Assembly (NCBI GenBank): GCA_951406725.2
Contig: OX597821.1
Coordinates: forward strand, 96,658,001-96,722,000
Length of the DNA: 64,000 bases
From: Octopus vulgaris
Taxonomy: Eukaryota
Reading direction: 5' to 3'
Shown here piece by piece: positions 42,132-54,595 of the stretch (position 1 is the stretch's first letter; every line of letters begins with the position of its first letter). Under the pieces are notes generated by a model. The model was not told where the DNA came from. It was given only the letters and a program-made list of their open reading frames with translations, and did no database searches. A program made the translations under genes and the position numbers.

Positions 42132-42869
42132 GGAGAGAGAGAGAGAAAGAGAGGAGGAGAGGGAGAGATAGATAGATAGATATAGACTAAGCATATGAGC
42201 AAACAAGGGATACTCTAATAGTTCATCCAGTTTACTAGAAATAGTAGTCAAATCTCTTTTTATTCGTACTCCATCTTATAAGAGAAGGACGCATTGAAGA
42301 ATGTAAACCGAAATGCATTTAAATAAAGACGGGACGGTTATGAACAGAAATGTCTTTGTTTATTTTTCTGATTGATCAGGGATATACATGCATACATACA
42401 CACTCACACACACACACACTTATATATGGATATATGTATGCATATAGGTATGTATATCTATATATTTATATATATACTGTTTATACACGCACACATACGC
42501 ATACATACACATGCATCAAGGATTCGCACATGCTAACATACTTCTGAGATTTCTAGAGGCACACAATCCGGTATATAATTCTTAAATGTCAGTTCACTTT
42601 TCAATCAAATAGATGTAACTCATGAAATCACTTGAGTATCTCGTTTCGTTTGTAAGGACCTGTGTGCTTCTACTGTTCAGAAGTGACAGCTCAAAGACTA
42701 CGAAACCACCCATGGCATTCACCATCAACTTACCTCTGAATTATTTCTTCCATTATATCCATAATAATTGATTCAAACATGCACACACTACCTGAAATTT
42801 GAGCAAGATATTTGTCGATTATATTGAGTCCAATATTTGACGAGTGTTTAATTTTATCGACCCCAGAGA

Positions 42870-42937
<68 letters not shown>

Positions 42938-43074
42938 GGGTAAAGTTGACTTCGACCTGATTTTAGCTGAGAACGTAAAGGGGCGAAATAACTATCGCAA
43001 GCTCATCTCCGACTTTCTTACGATTTTCCAATTTACCGCTCACATTCATAATAAAATAACAGCAACAACAGGCG

Positions 43075-43540
43075 GTTTCATTCCTTAGATATGGAGCAGG
43101 GATAATCGCATGGACAGTAGACGAACGATGCAGCTTAGACAGAAAGACAAGGAAGTTGCTAACTAGATATGGGTCATTCCACCCAAAGAGTCACAGAGAC
43201 AGACTGTATGATGTACCAAGAAAAAGAGGGGTAAGACGACTTATTGGATGTGAACACAGCATTATAGCAGAAGAAAACAACATAGCATGGTATGTAAATA
43301 ATGCCACAGAACCGCTAATATTAGAAGTAAGAAGGTCAGGCTTGTGTAGGATGAAAGATTGCAAAGATAAAGCACTATACAAGAAATTGAAAACGAATGA
43401 AACTGGACATAGGTAGTTAAAGAAAAGAACGCATGGTCAATTTCATAGGGATGTTGAACAGACAGAGAAAAGAGATAGCTGTGGATGACTAAAAGTGATT
43501 TAAAATCGGAAAAGGAGGCTCTAATCTGTTTTGCCCAAGT
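43075..43540 (+). mobile_element. R4/Dong LINE fragment (post-RT region)
   Basis: LRYGAGIIAWT..LDRKTRKLLTRYGSFHPKS..DRLY.VPRKRG..LI; HGQFHRD; WMTKSDLKSEKEALI..AQ. Confidence 0.88.
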
Positions 43541-44032
43541 TTGACTTTGCCGAGGTTGACTTTGCCTTTCATCCTTTTAGGGTCAATAAGTCATGTACCA
43601 GTGGAACACTGACGTGCATGTAATCGACTAATCCTCTCCCTCCTTACTATTCAGGCCTTGTGTCTTTAGCAGAAAGTATTATTTCCCAGTAATACACTGT
43701 TACCGCTTTGTCGATTCGCCTGTTCCTAGTCGATTTGACTACTACTTATTCATGATGCCTACTACATATTGCGTGACTAAAAAACAAACAGTTCAACACT
43801 GGCTGATAAGATATATAGGCAACGAAACATGTAGATGTCACAGTACATGATTTCTGTTGAATATTCCATATTTTCTTTATATGATATATTTGAATTCTAT
43901 TTTTCCATTTGTTTCCCATAGGATTAAAGTCATAGCAGCGACTGTCGGTTGAGTTTCTGGGCAATCACTGTGTACAAATGTTCCACTTAGATTGTTCAAA
44001 ATTTTTGCCAAGATTCGGTTCGCTAGCACTAA

Positions 44033-44075
<43 letters not shown>

Positions 44076-44142
44076 TATATATCTGTCTGTCTGTCTCAGT
44101 CTGTCTGTCTGTCTCAGTCTGTCTGTCTGTCTCCCTCTCTCC

Positions 44143-44196
<54 letters not shown>

Positions 44197-44414
44197 TATA
44201 CAAAACAACTAATAGCTACATTTAGAAGAAAAGACCGACGAGACGCTCGTAAAATGTTAATGGTTTTAAGAATTCTATTATTCTGAACCGAACATAGTAG
44301 ACTAAAGAGAAGATGTGAAAAATCATCGATAAAAATAGATTTAACTCCAACACAGCTGTATCTTCAATATAGCATATTTAAAAAATAGTACCTCTCAATA
44401 GACATACTCGCATC

Positions 44415-44470
<56 letters not shown>

Positions 44471-44542
44471 CGTAATACATATAAATATATATGTATATAC
44501 TAATGTACATATATATATATATATATGGTGGTTGTCTACCAG

Positions 44543-44576
<34 letters not shown>

Positions 44577-45059
44577 CACACATGCACGCACATTTACGGA
44601 GGAGAGGAATATATGCAGTAAATAAAAAATGGTGTTAACCCAAGCCAAAACGAAAATGCAAGCAAAATGAACGCGTGAGAACGAAAGTGAAATAAATGTC
44701 CAAAAAATGAAACAATAACAAAACAATTAGAAAAAAAGCCAAAATAGCAATTATTTTAGTAATTTCCTTGACTATTTAATTACAACGATCTGTGGCGAAG
44801 TGAGTGGAGCCAAAATAAGACTAATAATAATTAAAGATGCATGCTGTTGTTGAGTGGTTCAAAAGAAGTATATAACTTTGAATATGAGACAAAACTATTG
44901 TTTAACTTGTTACTTCTATAGTTGATAGACGGAAGGTTTTGCTAAAATACATGCATGAGTTCATATGTGTGTGTGTGTGTGTGTGTGTATGCATATACAT
45001 ACATATACATATATATAATTGAAAAACATACACATATCTATATATACATATATATATAT

Positions 45060-45161
<102 letters not shown>

Positions 45162-45574
45162 ACATATATATACATAATTTAAAAATCGGATAAAATCTTT
45201 ATAAGAATTTATAAGTAACTGGCGTGAAAAACCTCATAAGGGAAAAAATTTATCAATTATTCACTTTAAATATATTTATTTATATTAAAAGCATTACTGT
45301 ACATAAATGACTCACGCTAGGCGGGGCTCTTAAAGTCAAATCTACCATAATAAACCTCATGTATATAAATATACATACATATATATCTGAAGGTGGACGA
45401 GCTTTATACTGTCCTCTACTACAGTGATTCTCAAACTAGTGATGTACCAGCAGTTTTTCCCCCAATGTGCCAGTGACCGGTAATATTTTTAGTAATATTA
45501 ATTTATACTGGAAACAATATATATAATGAATATAAGAGCTGACAATTTTTTTATGCTCTACTACATTCTTAACA

Positions 45575-45622
<48 letters not shown>

Positions 45623-45901
45623 AATAATAAAAGGGTAAAATTAATTAATTATTAATTAATTTTACCAAGTAGTGTTCAGTATGTAAAAAGACCATTTACG
45701 GTATATTTAAAACATTACGTTATATAATTAGGGTTCAGTAAAAAAATTTACTTTACCACACACCGAACTTTTAGAAATAGCAGCCCAAAAAATTTTAGCT
45801 ATTTCTTCTACTATAAGAAAAGTCTCCCAGACAATGTATACTCAAAAATAATTCACGTAGGTATAGAGGGAAAAATAACGAAAGATCACACGTACATCGA
45901 T

Positions 45902-45975
<74 letters not shown>

Positions 45976-46547
45976 CATATACCTGTTTCGTATTAACTGT
46001 CGAAAAAAAGAGTACCCAGTGAAATAGTAGAAATAATGATAAATTTTTATTTGGCCAAGTTAGTTCCTTGCTACTCTGAGTTCACCTGTGGATGTACAGG
46101 ATCTTCAAGCAAATTCTGACTGAAATCTCTCTTCATATATTTTGGTGAATGATGAAAGACTTCCGCGTTAAATCCTCTTCTAACCAACTGGCAACCGGGA
46201 AAAGACAAAGAGGAGCCCATCTTCGACACTAAAGTCAACTCTGAAGCAGACCACCTTCGAGTTCCCTGACTTTTGCCACGACCGTAACCAACCGTCCGGA
46301 TTACTGGGAAATCATAAACGATAACATAATATTGATTGAAAGAGAAAGAGTACAAAAAAAAAAGAGGAAACACAACGGCGACAGAGGGCTAGACAGCACC
46401 AACCCAGACCGACTCCCACATTCACATGCAACCGCGTGTACTATACGAGGACTGACCTCGTTACCCCATTCGCCACCGGCATTAAGGATCCAAGTATTCG
46501 TCCAAAAGGGGAAATCAATCTTCGGATTCAAGTGACGAGCCGGCCAC

Positions 46548-46565
46548 CATATATGTCTATGTCTG

Positions 46566-46639
<74 letters not shown>

Positions 46640-46677
46640 GATCGATCTATCTATCTATCTATCTATCAATCTATCTA

Positions 46678-46708
<31 letters not shown>

Positions 46709-46710
46709 GA
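46548..46710. repeat. (TATC)n/(TC)n/(TA)n microsatellite
   Basis: Direct tandem repeat. Confidence 0.9.
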
Positions 46711-46763
46711 TAGACCGTTAGCTCCTACACGCATTTTATTCTCTCCTTGTTTTTTTCTGTGTA

Positions 46764-46801
46764 TCTTTCTGTCGAAGAGCATAGGCTCGAAACGTAAAAG
46801 A
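46764..46801 (+). ncRNA. Minimal type I hammerhead-like motif with variant core CUGUCGA
   Basis: tcttt-CTGTCGA-a-gagc(atag)gctc-GAAA-cg-TA-aaaga; stems I and II pair perfectly. Confidence 0.65.
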
Positions 46802-46897
46802 CTTGTTCTATTTCTATTCCTGAGCGCCATACTAATACATTTGTTTGTTTGTACTCCACATCAAAACATGTGTTTGTTTATTTTCGTAAACCTTCCC

Positions 46898-46936
<39 letters not shown>

Positions 46937-47103
46937 TGAAATAATGAGATAGCTTTTTTGAGGGGATAATTTTTATTTTAATCATGATAATAATGTTTAC
47001 ATATTAGGATTAAAATATATATATATATATACCGGAGTAAACACATAAATGTGAAACAAGGTGGAAAAAAGAGTACTCAAATACCAGTGGTAGAGTACTA
47101 TGG

Positions 47104-47256
47104 TTTATTTAAAAGCAGCAGAAAATTCAACAAAACCTGTTACTCTGAGTTTCACTATAATAATACTCGTGTTTTCTAGCAAAAACTGTCCGACGAACGG
47201 GAACGTGAAACTCAGAGTAACAGGTTTTGTTGAATTTTCTGCTGCTTTTAAATAAA
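47104..47256. repeat. Perfect 52-bp inverted repeat (47104-47155 / 47205-47256)
   Basis: tttatttaaaagcagcagaaaattcaacaaaacctgttactctgagtttcac and its exact reverse complement. Confidence 0.93.
47186..47223 (+). ncRNA. Hammerhead-like motif with variant core CCGACGA
   Basis: ctgt-CCGACGA-acg(ggaa)cgt-GAAA-ctcagag-TA-acag. Confidence 0.6.
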
Positions 47257-47814
47257 GTATATATATAGTAGAATAACAAAGAGAAAGATCTTAGTACGGT
47301 ACCTATACATATAAAATTGACATAGGAGATTCTTTCTTTTCTTGGGATTCACGGTCAAACGGCTGGGTGGAATTGCGCAAAAAAGTACACAGATGTGTAG
47401 GATGATCCGGTGCTGTTGCTGGGCTTTGTATTTTTTTCATAGTTCCCATGGTTACCGAGATAATCTACTATGATAATACTCTTGTGTTTATGAATGAAAA
47501 AGGAAGGGGTGATGTCATATTTGATAGCGGGATGATGAAAACTGTACACTGAAAAAAGGAATCAAACAGGGGGTATGTGAATGTGTGTGTGTGTGTGTGC
47601 GTGCGTGAGTGTGTTTGTGTATTTCTGTGCGTGTATGCATGCAATGGAAGTGAAATGGTTCATTTTGTTCGCTTAGGATTTGTGTTTATTTTTTGATTTG
47701 GTTGAATCTTGGTTGGTTGTTTTTGTTGTTGGTCAGTTATTGTTATTTAACGTAAGCGTGGCCAAATAAGTCGAATTCTTACACAGAGCAGGTTTTATAG
47801 CCACATCATCCAAA

Positions 47815-47846
47815 CCAACCGGGTGAAACCGGGCTTAGCTGCTAGT
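47815..47846 (+). mobile_element. Helitron-like 3' terminus
   Basis: ccgg-gtgaaa-ccgg hairpin followed about 10 nt later by CTAG|T. Confidence 0.55.
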
Positions 47847-47860
47847 TGTATATATATATA

Positions 47861-47999
47861 AAAGAATGAGTAGAGATGGCTTTTTGAGGGGATAGTTTTT
47901 ATTTTAATCTTAATAATAATGTTTACATTTTCATTAAGATTATTATTAGGAATAAAATTTAAATGATTCCCTCAAAAAAGCCATCTCCACTCATTCTTT
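47861..47999. mobile_element. Foldback/MITE-like palindrome within (TA)n
   Basis: aaagaatgagtagagatggctttttgagggg ... ccctcaaaaaagccatctccactcattcttt; related half copy at 46935-47015. Confidence 0.7.
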
Positions 48000-48046
48000 C
48001 AAATATATATAATACTGTACTAAGAACTTTCATTTTGTTATTCCAT

Positions 48047-48092
<46 letters not shown>

Positions 48093-48099
48093 TATAATC

Positions 48100-48300
48100 T
48101 TTATTTTCTACCTCTTTCCGTCATTAGACTGCAGCCATACTGGGGTACCGCCTTGAATTTTCAGTCGAATGAATCAACTTCAGTACTTATTTTTTATGTC
48201 TGGTACTCAATTGATCGGTTCTTTTGCCGAACCGCAAATTTACGGGGGACGTAAACATACTAACACCGGTTGTCAAGTGGTGATGGGGCGACAAACACAG
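48100..48300 (-). mobile_element. SINE family B 3' half, diverged
   Basis: gtcattagactgcagccatactgg...ttttgccgaaccgc...ggttgtcaag. Confidence 0.75.
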
Positions 48301-48314
48301 ATATACATGCATAC

Positions 48315-48358
<44 letters not shown>

Positions 48359-48659
48359 ACCTATATACATACATACATACATACATACATACATACATAC
48401 ATACATACATACATACATACATGTATGTATGTATGTATGTATGTATGTATAATTATTTTTAAATGTTATCAACTAGCTAAAAGTGTTTTATTTAACAAAA
48501 TGTCATCAATCTCTGTGGAAAAAATTTTATGCATAGTGTGTATTTTGTATGCAGCGTGTATTTCGTATGTAAGCACTTCCGCGGCTCAACTTCTCAATTA
48601 AAAGAGTTCTGGGCTAATGGGTATAGAGGAAGTTGATTTTTGTAATGGTGTTGACTATT

Positions 48660-49420
48660 TCCGGTTTAATTTTGCATTTACAATTCTTATAAAATATTCT
48701 TTTGCTCTTCGTAGTTTCTCATTTTCATCTTTTATTTTGAAAAAAAGGAGTATTTTAAATTTTCCTTTTGCACAAGCGTCTAGATTTTTTCCAAGTGGAA
48801 CATTTTAAAGAAATGAATCTCTAATTTGCTGTCTATACACATTTACAGGGCTGGTTAGTTTTGTGCCTATTTCCCAAATGTAATTCCTGTTGGCATGTGA
48901 TGCAGTAAATGAGATTATCTGTCATTCACTTGCAATTCCTTTCTATTCTTGAATCGTTTGATGTTTCTCTTTCAATTATTTCACGCGCCCCACAACGATG
49001 GTCTCCACAATTCGTTACCTGCATTATTTATTTCTCCAATGTGAATCTCGCCTTTGTTAGGAGTCTCTTGATATTCTGTGCTTATCTTCGGCTTTTGATG
49101 GCTTATGATTTTTTAATTGTATATCAGAGATTTGAAGACTGATGTAGAATTGGGACGTATCGTTGGCCGAATGCAGGATATTTTGGTTTCCAGGATGATA
49201 GGTGACTACAAATGGAACATTTATAGTTATACTGTCAGTGTGAGTGTTTCTTCGTTATGGCAGAGGACAGAATTTCTTTTACTTTAGATTTAGAAGCATT
49301 TTGAGGTATTTCTGTTTTTCGAGGGACACACATAGAACATATTAGTTCTATCAGTCGGTTCTCTAGTCTCTTTGCGTCTGTATTGAATGGCATGTTTCTT
49401 TCTTTGTTTTGGAAGGGGTT
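48660..49420 (-). mobile_element. Penelope-like element fragment (RT C-terminus, linker, GIY-YIG; Neptune-like)
   Basis: RNMPFN, NVPFVVTYHP, TNCGDHRCG zinc-linker remnant, DNLIYCITCQQE GIY-YIG start. Confidence 0.8.
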
Positions 49421-49474
<54 letters not shown>

Positions 49475-49510
49475 ATGGAGTCGAACGACGATTTAACAAA
49501 ATTCCTTTAT

Positions 49511-49591
49511 TCTCGACATATGTTTCGAAGACTTCATATTCCTAATTTCGAAGGAATAAGGGGTGCATTATGCCGCCTTCTCATCAGGAAA
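49511..49591 (-). ncRNA. Type I hammerhead ribozyme with extended stem II
   Basis: Minus strand: tttc-CTGATGA-gaag...cttc-GAAA-catatg-TC-gaga; canonical core, GUC site, palindromic stem III. Confidence 0.8.
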
Positions 49592-49802
49592 GACAAGGAA
49601 CTTATGTCAGCATCATGATGAACAAAAACTTTTAGATGACTGCCCACACGGAGTCCATAGTAAAAAAAAACACACAAATTTCCACACGAAAGCACGTAGC
49701 TTCAACCGTGTTTTCTGACGTGAATTTGCTACCCGGGTATCGGTTAACCGAATTATCCATACTAGGATAATTCATTCAACTACTCATATATATATATATA
49801 TC

Positions 49803-49960
49803 AGGCGTGGCTGTGCAGTAAGAAGTTTGCTTCGCAACCGCATGAGTCCGGGTTCAATCCCACTGCGTGGCACTTTGGGCAAATGACTTCTATTACACCT
49901 CGGGCCGATCAAAGGCTTGTGAGTGGATTTGGCAAACGAAAGCTGAAAGAAATTCATCGT
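49803..49960 (+). mobile_element. SINE family B 5' half
   Basis: ggcgtggctgtg...gggttcaatcccactgcgtggcactttgggcaa. Confidence 0.8.
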
Positions 49961-50049
49961 GTGTGTATATGCGTATGTGCGTGCATGTGTGTGTGTGTGT
50001 GTGTTAAAAGGGGTATATAACAGCCATGAAATCCACGTGATTACTTCAC

Positions 50050-50700
50050 TCACCACTCATAGTTAACAGGATGTGCGAAATGGAAACCTCTCCAATAAAA
50101 CAAAGTATTTCATACTCACTGATAATCCAAGCGATTTACATCTACCGCAGCATATAACACAAAATTGATAAAACAACGGCGATATTGGTATCACATCTAT
50201 TATCCGGTTGTAATCGTTTCAGTAGCAAATGGGTTAGATAAATCATTTAGCTTGCTGGCATTAATATGAAGGATGATTATGTAATTTTATACGATACTAA
50301 ATGTAACCCGATTCTGCTATCTCATCAAGACCTTTGTAAAAGATGCAATACACTTGCATTAGGATGAATTCCCTTGTAAATCCAATAAGTGGGATGGACA
50401 TAGAGTGTCGTAGCGAACGATTAATCATTCCGATAGACCTATAGAAATGTACAAAGTAAATTGATCAAGAGATAGACAAATCTTGTATACTACCAGATAA
50501 ATCAACTGAGGCGCCTAGCACACCAACTTAGGCGAGACACGGGATGTATATATAAAGAAAAAGACTGAACAAAGCGAACGATATTTAAATTATGGTGACA
50601 TCCACAAAATAGATTGTCACCCATCCGCAAAAGGGTGAGAAGTTGCTGCTTAGGTAGAATCAAACCAAACCACACATTCGCCCACTTTCAACTCTGATCA
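50050..50700 (+). mobile_element. Possible R2/NeSL-like non-LTR remnant
   Basis: LHLPQH followed by GDIGI.S resembles the WLHLP...DGGLGI motif; heavily decayed. Confidence 0.3.
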
Positions 50701-50848
50701 CGTTTTACAAACTATGTTCACCGAAATTGCCTGTGAGAATCTTTGATTTTATTTGAACCGTGATTCTTTCCATAACCTCTAGTTAGATGAAATCTTTGAT
50801 TTTATCTGAAGTGTGAAGTCTCCTGTATCCTCTGTGTAGTGTTACCTT

Positions 50849-51158
50849 CTTTCTTTGCGCCCTTTTCAAGCCTAGCCACGCTCATGCTTGGTTTCCCGGT
50901 TTCTGTGGCGTATGTGTTCCCCCCAGCTGGACGGGAAGCCAGTCCATCGCAGCGTTACTCAAGAAACAGGAAGAGAGAGTGAGAGAAAGTTCTGGTGAAA
51001 GAGTACAACAGGGGTCTCCACCATCCCCTGCAGGGGCCTCGTGGAGCTGTTAGGTGTTTTCGCTCAATAAACACACACAACGTCCGGTCTGGGAATCGAG
51101 ACCACAATCCTCCGACTGCGAGTACGCTGCCCTAACTATTGGGCCATTGCGCCTCCAC
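50849..51158 (-). mobile_element. SINE family C (head 1 plus tail Y) with 11-bp TSD
   Basis: TSD agtgttacctt at 50838-50848 and 51159-51169; reverse complement of 21873-22178. Confidence 0.92.
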
Positions 51159-51405
51159 AGTGTTACCTTAGCTATCGATGAATAGCTTTTGTAGTTTTTA
51201 TTCAGTAATCTACCACTTTTTGAAGCTGCGTAACTTCGTTTCTTGTCTTGCCAACAAACACTGTCATATACCTCATCCTTTTGATTCACCAATAGCTTTG
51301 AAACAACTTTGAAATCATATTTTCCTACAGATGAAAGGCTTCTAGCATCATATCAGCCTCCTCCATGAGCTTAGTCTTTTAATCTGAGCTTATTCATTTA
51401 TATGA

Positions 51406-51728
51406 TGGCGCGTGGCTTAGTGGTTGAGGGTATTTGCTCACGATCCTAAGGTCGCGAGCTCGATTCCAGGCTGCACGTTGTGTCCTTGAGCAAGATACTT
51501 TATTTCACGTTGCTCCGGTCCACTCAGCTGGCAAAAATGAGTAGTACCCGTATTTCAAAGAACCAACCTTGTCTCACTCTGTGTCATACTGAATCTCCTT
51601 CAGAACTACGGTAAGGGTACGTGTGTCTGCGGAATGCTCAGCTACATGCACGTTAATCTCACGAGCAGGCTGTTCCGTTGATTGGATCAACTTGAAACCC
51701 TAATCGTCGTAACCGACAGGGTGCCAGT
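51406..51728 (+). mobile_element. tRNA-derived CORE-like SINE (head 2 plus tail X)
   Basis: tggcttagtgg A box, ctcgattcc B-box-like, tgtgtccttgagcaaga CORE-like; 3' part matches 6515-6695. Confidence 0.88.
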
Positions 51729-52711
51729 AATCATCTATTCTTTTACTCTTTTTTTTTTCTTGTTATTCTCGAAGGTTTTCCCATCTTTCTCTAGGCGCCA
51801 TTTCTTTCACATTGCCACAAGACTTTGTAGCGGCACTTTTTCTTGAAATCTCTCAGTTTTCTTCATGATGAAGAGTCTCTTCCCCCTCTTTTCGGTTCCC
51901 TATTGCGTCGATCACTAAGTGCTGGTGGTACTGTGGATGAGGCAGCACCGCTTGTTTCTACATCAACTTTGGTTATCCTCGAAGCTTTAACATGTGGTGC
52001 TGTGATAGCGCTGTAATAACAGTAGCAGTAACAACCATCTTTCGCTGCTGCTGTCAAACGGCATTTCAACTCTTCTCTATTTGCGCAATAAATATGTTGC
52101 TGATGAGTAAGACTTTCATGTACGAGCTCTGTCATCTCTCCTTGTTTTCATCCTTAATTAATAGAAAAACGCTTTTCATATATCTTACTTCTGTCGAAGG
52201 AGTTAACATCTAGAGCTCCTTCCAAGATTTCATATGGAAATCCCATCTCCGATCTTCGAAAAGTAATTATATGTCACTTTCCTCCTCCTCTTTCACAAAC
52301 ACATCCGCTCATGTAATACGCTGTTTCTACGCTTTTACTTTCGTCTGGAGGTTTCGAATTCCCACTATCACTTCTTGGATAGTAACTTTAGATCTTTAAC
52401 AAATGTTATTAATGTTATTTTTATTATTGTCAATTAGATTTGCATTTTCACGACTTATTTTCTTTTGTGTACCTCACATGGCAACTAGTTGTACTTACAA
52501 TTGTGTTTAAGGACGAACATTCTCTTTCAAGCCAGGCAAATGGATAGACACTTAAATATTCCGAATTTATTTGTTGATAAAAAATCACTAGAAGAAAACT
52601 TTTTCTATCAAGTAATTCTGAAGAAAAATTACTTCTAAATGGAGCTCTACAAAAGAGTTCATTTACAGCAAATAACAGCTACGGCAGTAGCAACGAAAAC
52701 GACAATAGCAA

Positions 52712-52722
52712 GCAGTAGTAGT

Positions 52723-52789
<67 letters not shown>

Positions 52790-52843
52790 TGGTGGTGGTG
52801 GTGGTGGTGGTGGTGGTGGTGGTGGTGGTGGTTTTGGTGGTGG
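52712..52843. repeat. (GTA)n(GTG)n microsatellite
   Basis: Direct tandem repeat. Confidence 0.95.
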
Positions 52844-53626
52844 TAATTTCAAATTTTGGTACAAGGCCAGGAAGATCATGAGAGAGGGTAAGTCGATTAC
52901 ATCGACCCCAGTATACTTGTACTTCGACCTCGAAAGGATGAAAGGCAAAGTCGGACAAAATGCCTCAAAGCATTTTGCCCGGTCTACTAACAATTCTGCC
53001 AATATAACAATAATATGACCTGATGCAGTACCAGGCACTGGCTCTCATGGCTTCTGATCTTAACTGATTGAAAGTATTATCATGTACAAGTTTTGTTTTG
53101 GTATAAGAGATGGGCAACAGTAAATATTCAGATGTGTATGTCAGTTACTTGACCTTAACCAGTTGAGTATGCCTCTTGGTGGCTGAGGATAAGTGCATCT
53201 CTGATCACGAGCAGAAGTAGTCGGGGAGCATCATAGCCATGTGTGAGAGGAATTCTTTGGGGTTTGAATAATTCACTTCTGGAAACATGGGTGCTTCATT
53301 CAACATCCTAAACTCTTATTCAGGGATCTTTTGAGCGGGATGGGCTACTCGACCTGAAGACAATTCTGTTTATCTTGATATGAGAGCACAATGTCGTGCA
53401 CATATGGTTGTGATGGATATTTGTCTTGTTTGTTGTTAACACAACGTTTACATACCCACCAGCCTTCATTGTTATTATTATTATTATTATTATCATTATT
53501 AATCGAACTCAGAATTGTGGGGTTAGTAGCCCACGCTCTTAACCACTACGCCATATGTTCGTGGGGTAATTATGGAGTGAATTTTAGGGCTTATAAATCT
53601 ACTATTTTCCTATCCTTCCTTAATAC

Positions 53627-53831
53627 TTATTTCTTTACTACCCACAAGGGGCTAAACACAGAGAGGACAAACAAGGACAGACAAAGTGCGTAATTGGTAC
53701 ATATTTAATCGACCCCGAAAGGATGAAAGGCAAAATCGACCTCGGCGGAATTTGAACTCAGAACGTAGCGACAGACGAAATACCGCTAAGCATTTCGCCC
53801 GGCGTGCTAACGTTTCTGCCAGCTCGCCGCC
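53627..53831 (-). mobile_element. Young SINE family A with TSD ttaatac
   Basis: TSD at 53620-53626 and 53832-53838; empty site visible in the opposite arm near 54333. Confidence 0.95.
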
Positions 53832-54403
53832 TTAATACCGGTTCCCATATGTCGCTTATATTTGCACTCGGTCTGCTTAGGAGGTTGTTGTGTCCTAGCA
53901 TATGTGCTGCTTCTTTTAGTTTCCGTATTTTCCAGTGGTGTTCTCTGTCTATTAATTTAACTTTGTCCCACAGGGGGATTTGTCTCTGTTTTTCCATACA
54001 TGATCAGCTATACCCGATTTATCAATATCTCCTCGTGTCACAGCTGTGCGATGTTCGTCTGCCCTTATTTAGAGGGGGCGGCATGTTTCACCTTTGTATA
54101 ACCTACCACAGCTGCACGGGATGGAGAACACGCAGTCTTTGGTCATATTCTCTTCTACTGGTTGTTTTACACGAAAGAGATATTTGCGGTGTTGTATTAC
54201 TCTGTGAGATGAAGTTAAAATAACTGACAGAGAACACCACTGGAAAATACGAAAACTAAAAGTAGCATATATGCTAGGACACAAGAACCTCCCAAGGAGA
54301 CCAAGTGCAGATATGAGTAGCATATGGAAACCGGTATTAAGGAAGGATAGGAGAATATTAGATTTATAAGCCCTAAAATTCACCCGATAATTGCCCACGG
54401 GTA

Positions 54404-54467
54404 TATGGAGTAGTGATTAAGAGCGTGGGCTACTAACCACAAGATTCCGAGTTCGATTCTAAGCCAT
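54404..54467 (+). promoter_or_regulatory. tRNA-like Pol III type 2 promoter within the PLE 3' region
   Basis: A box tgg(a/c)gtagtg(a/g) at 54406, anticodon-like arm gggctactaacc, B box gttcgattc at 54451; mirror copy at 53501-53553. Confidence 0.7.
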
Positions 54468-54549
54468 GACCTTAATAATAATAATAATAATAATGATAAT
54501 ATTGAAAATTACCTTAGGAATGAGGACCCAGGTTCGAAATTTCCCCCAA

Positions 54550-54595
54550 GACACCTGATGAAGGCTGGAGGGTATGTCAACCGAAATGTTGTGTT
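54550..54595 (+). ncRNA. Hammerhead ribozyme of the PLE terminal repeat (slightly mutated)
   Basis: gacac-CTGATGA-a-ggctg...caacc-GAAA-tg-TT-gtgtt; the other arm retains aaacgttgtgt. Confidence 0.72.

Noticed and set aside
45422-45440. cagtgattctcaaact resembling a hAT/Charlie TIR
   Set aside because: No matching second TIR or 8-bp TSD found.
46050-46550. GC-richer ORF-bearing segment (also 51740-52400)
   Set aside because: Probably LINE-derived debris, but no motif supports a family or gene call.
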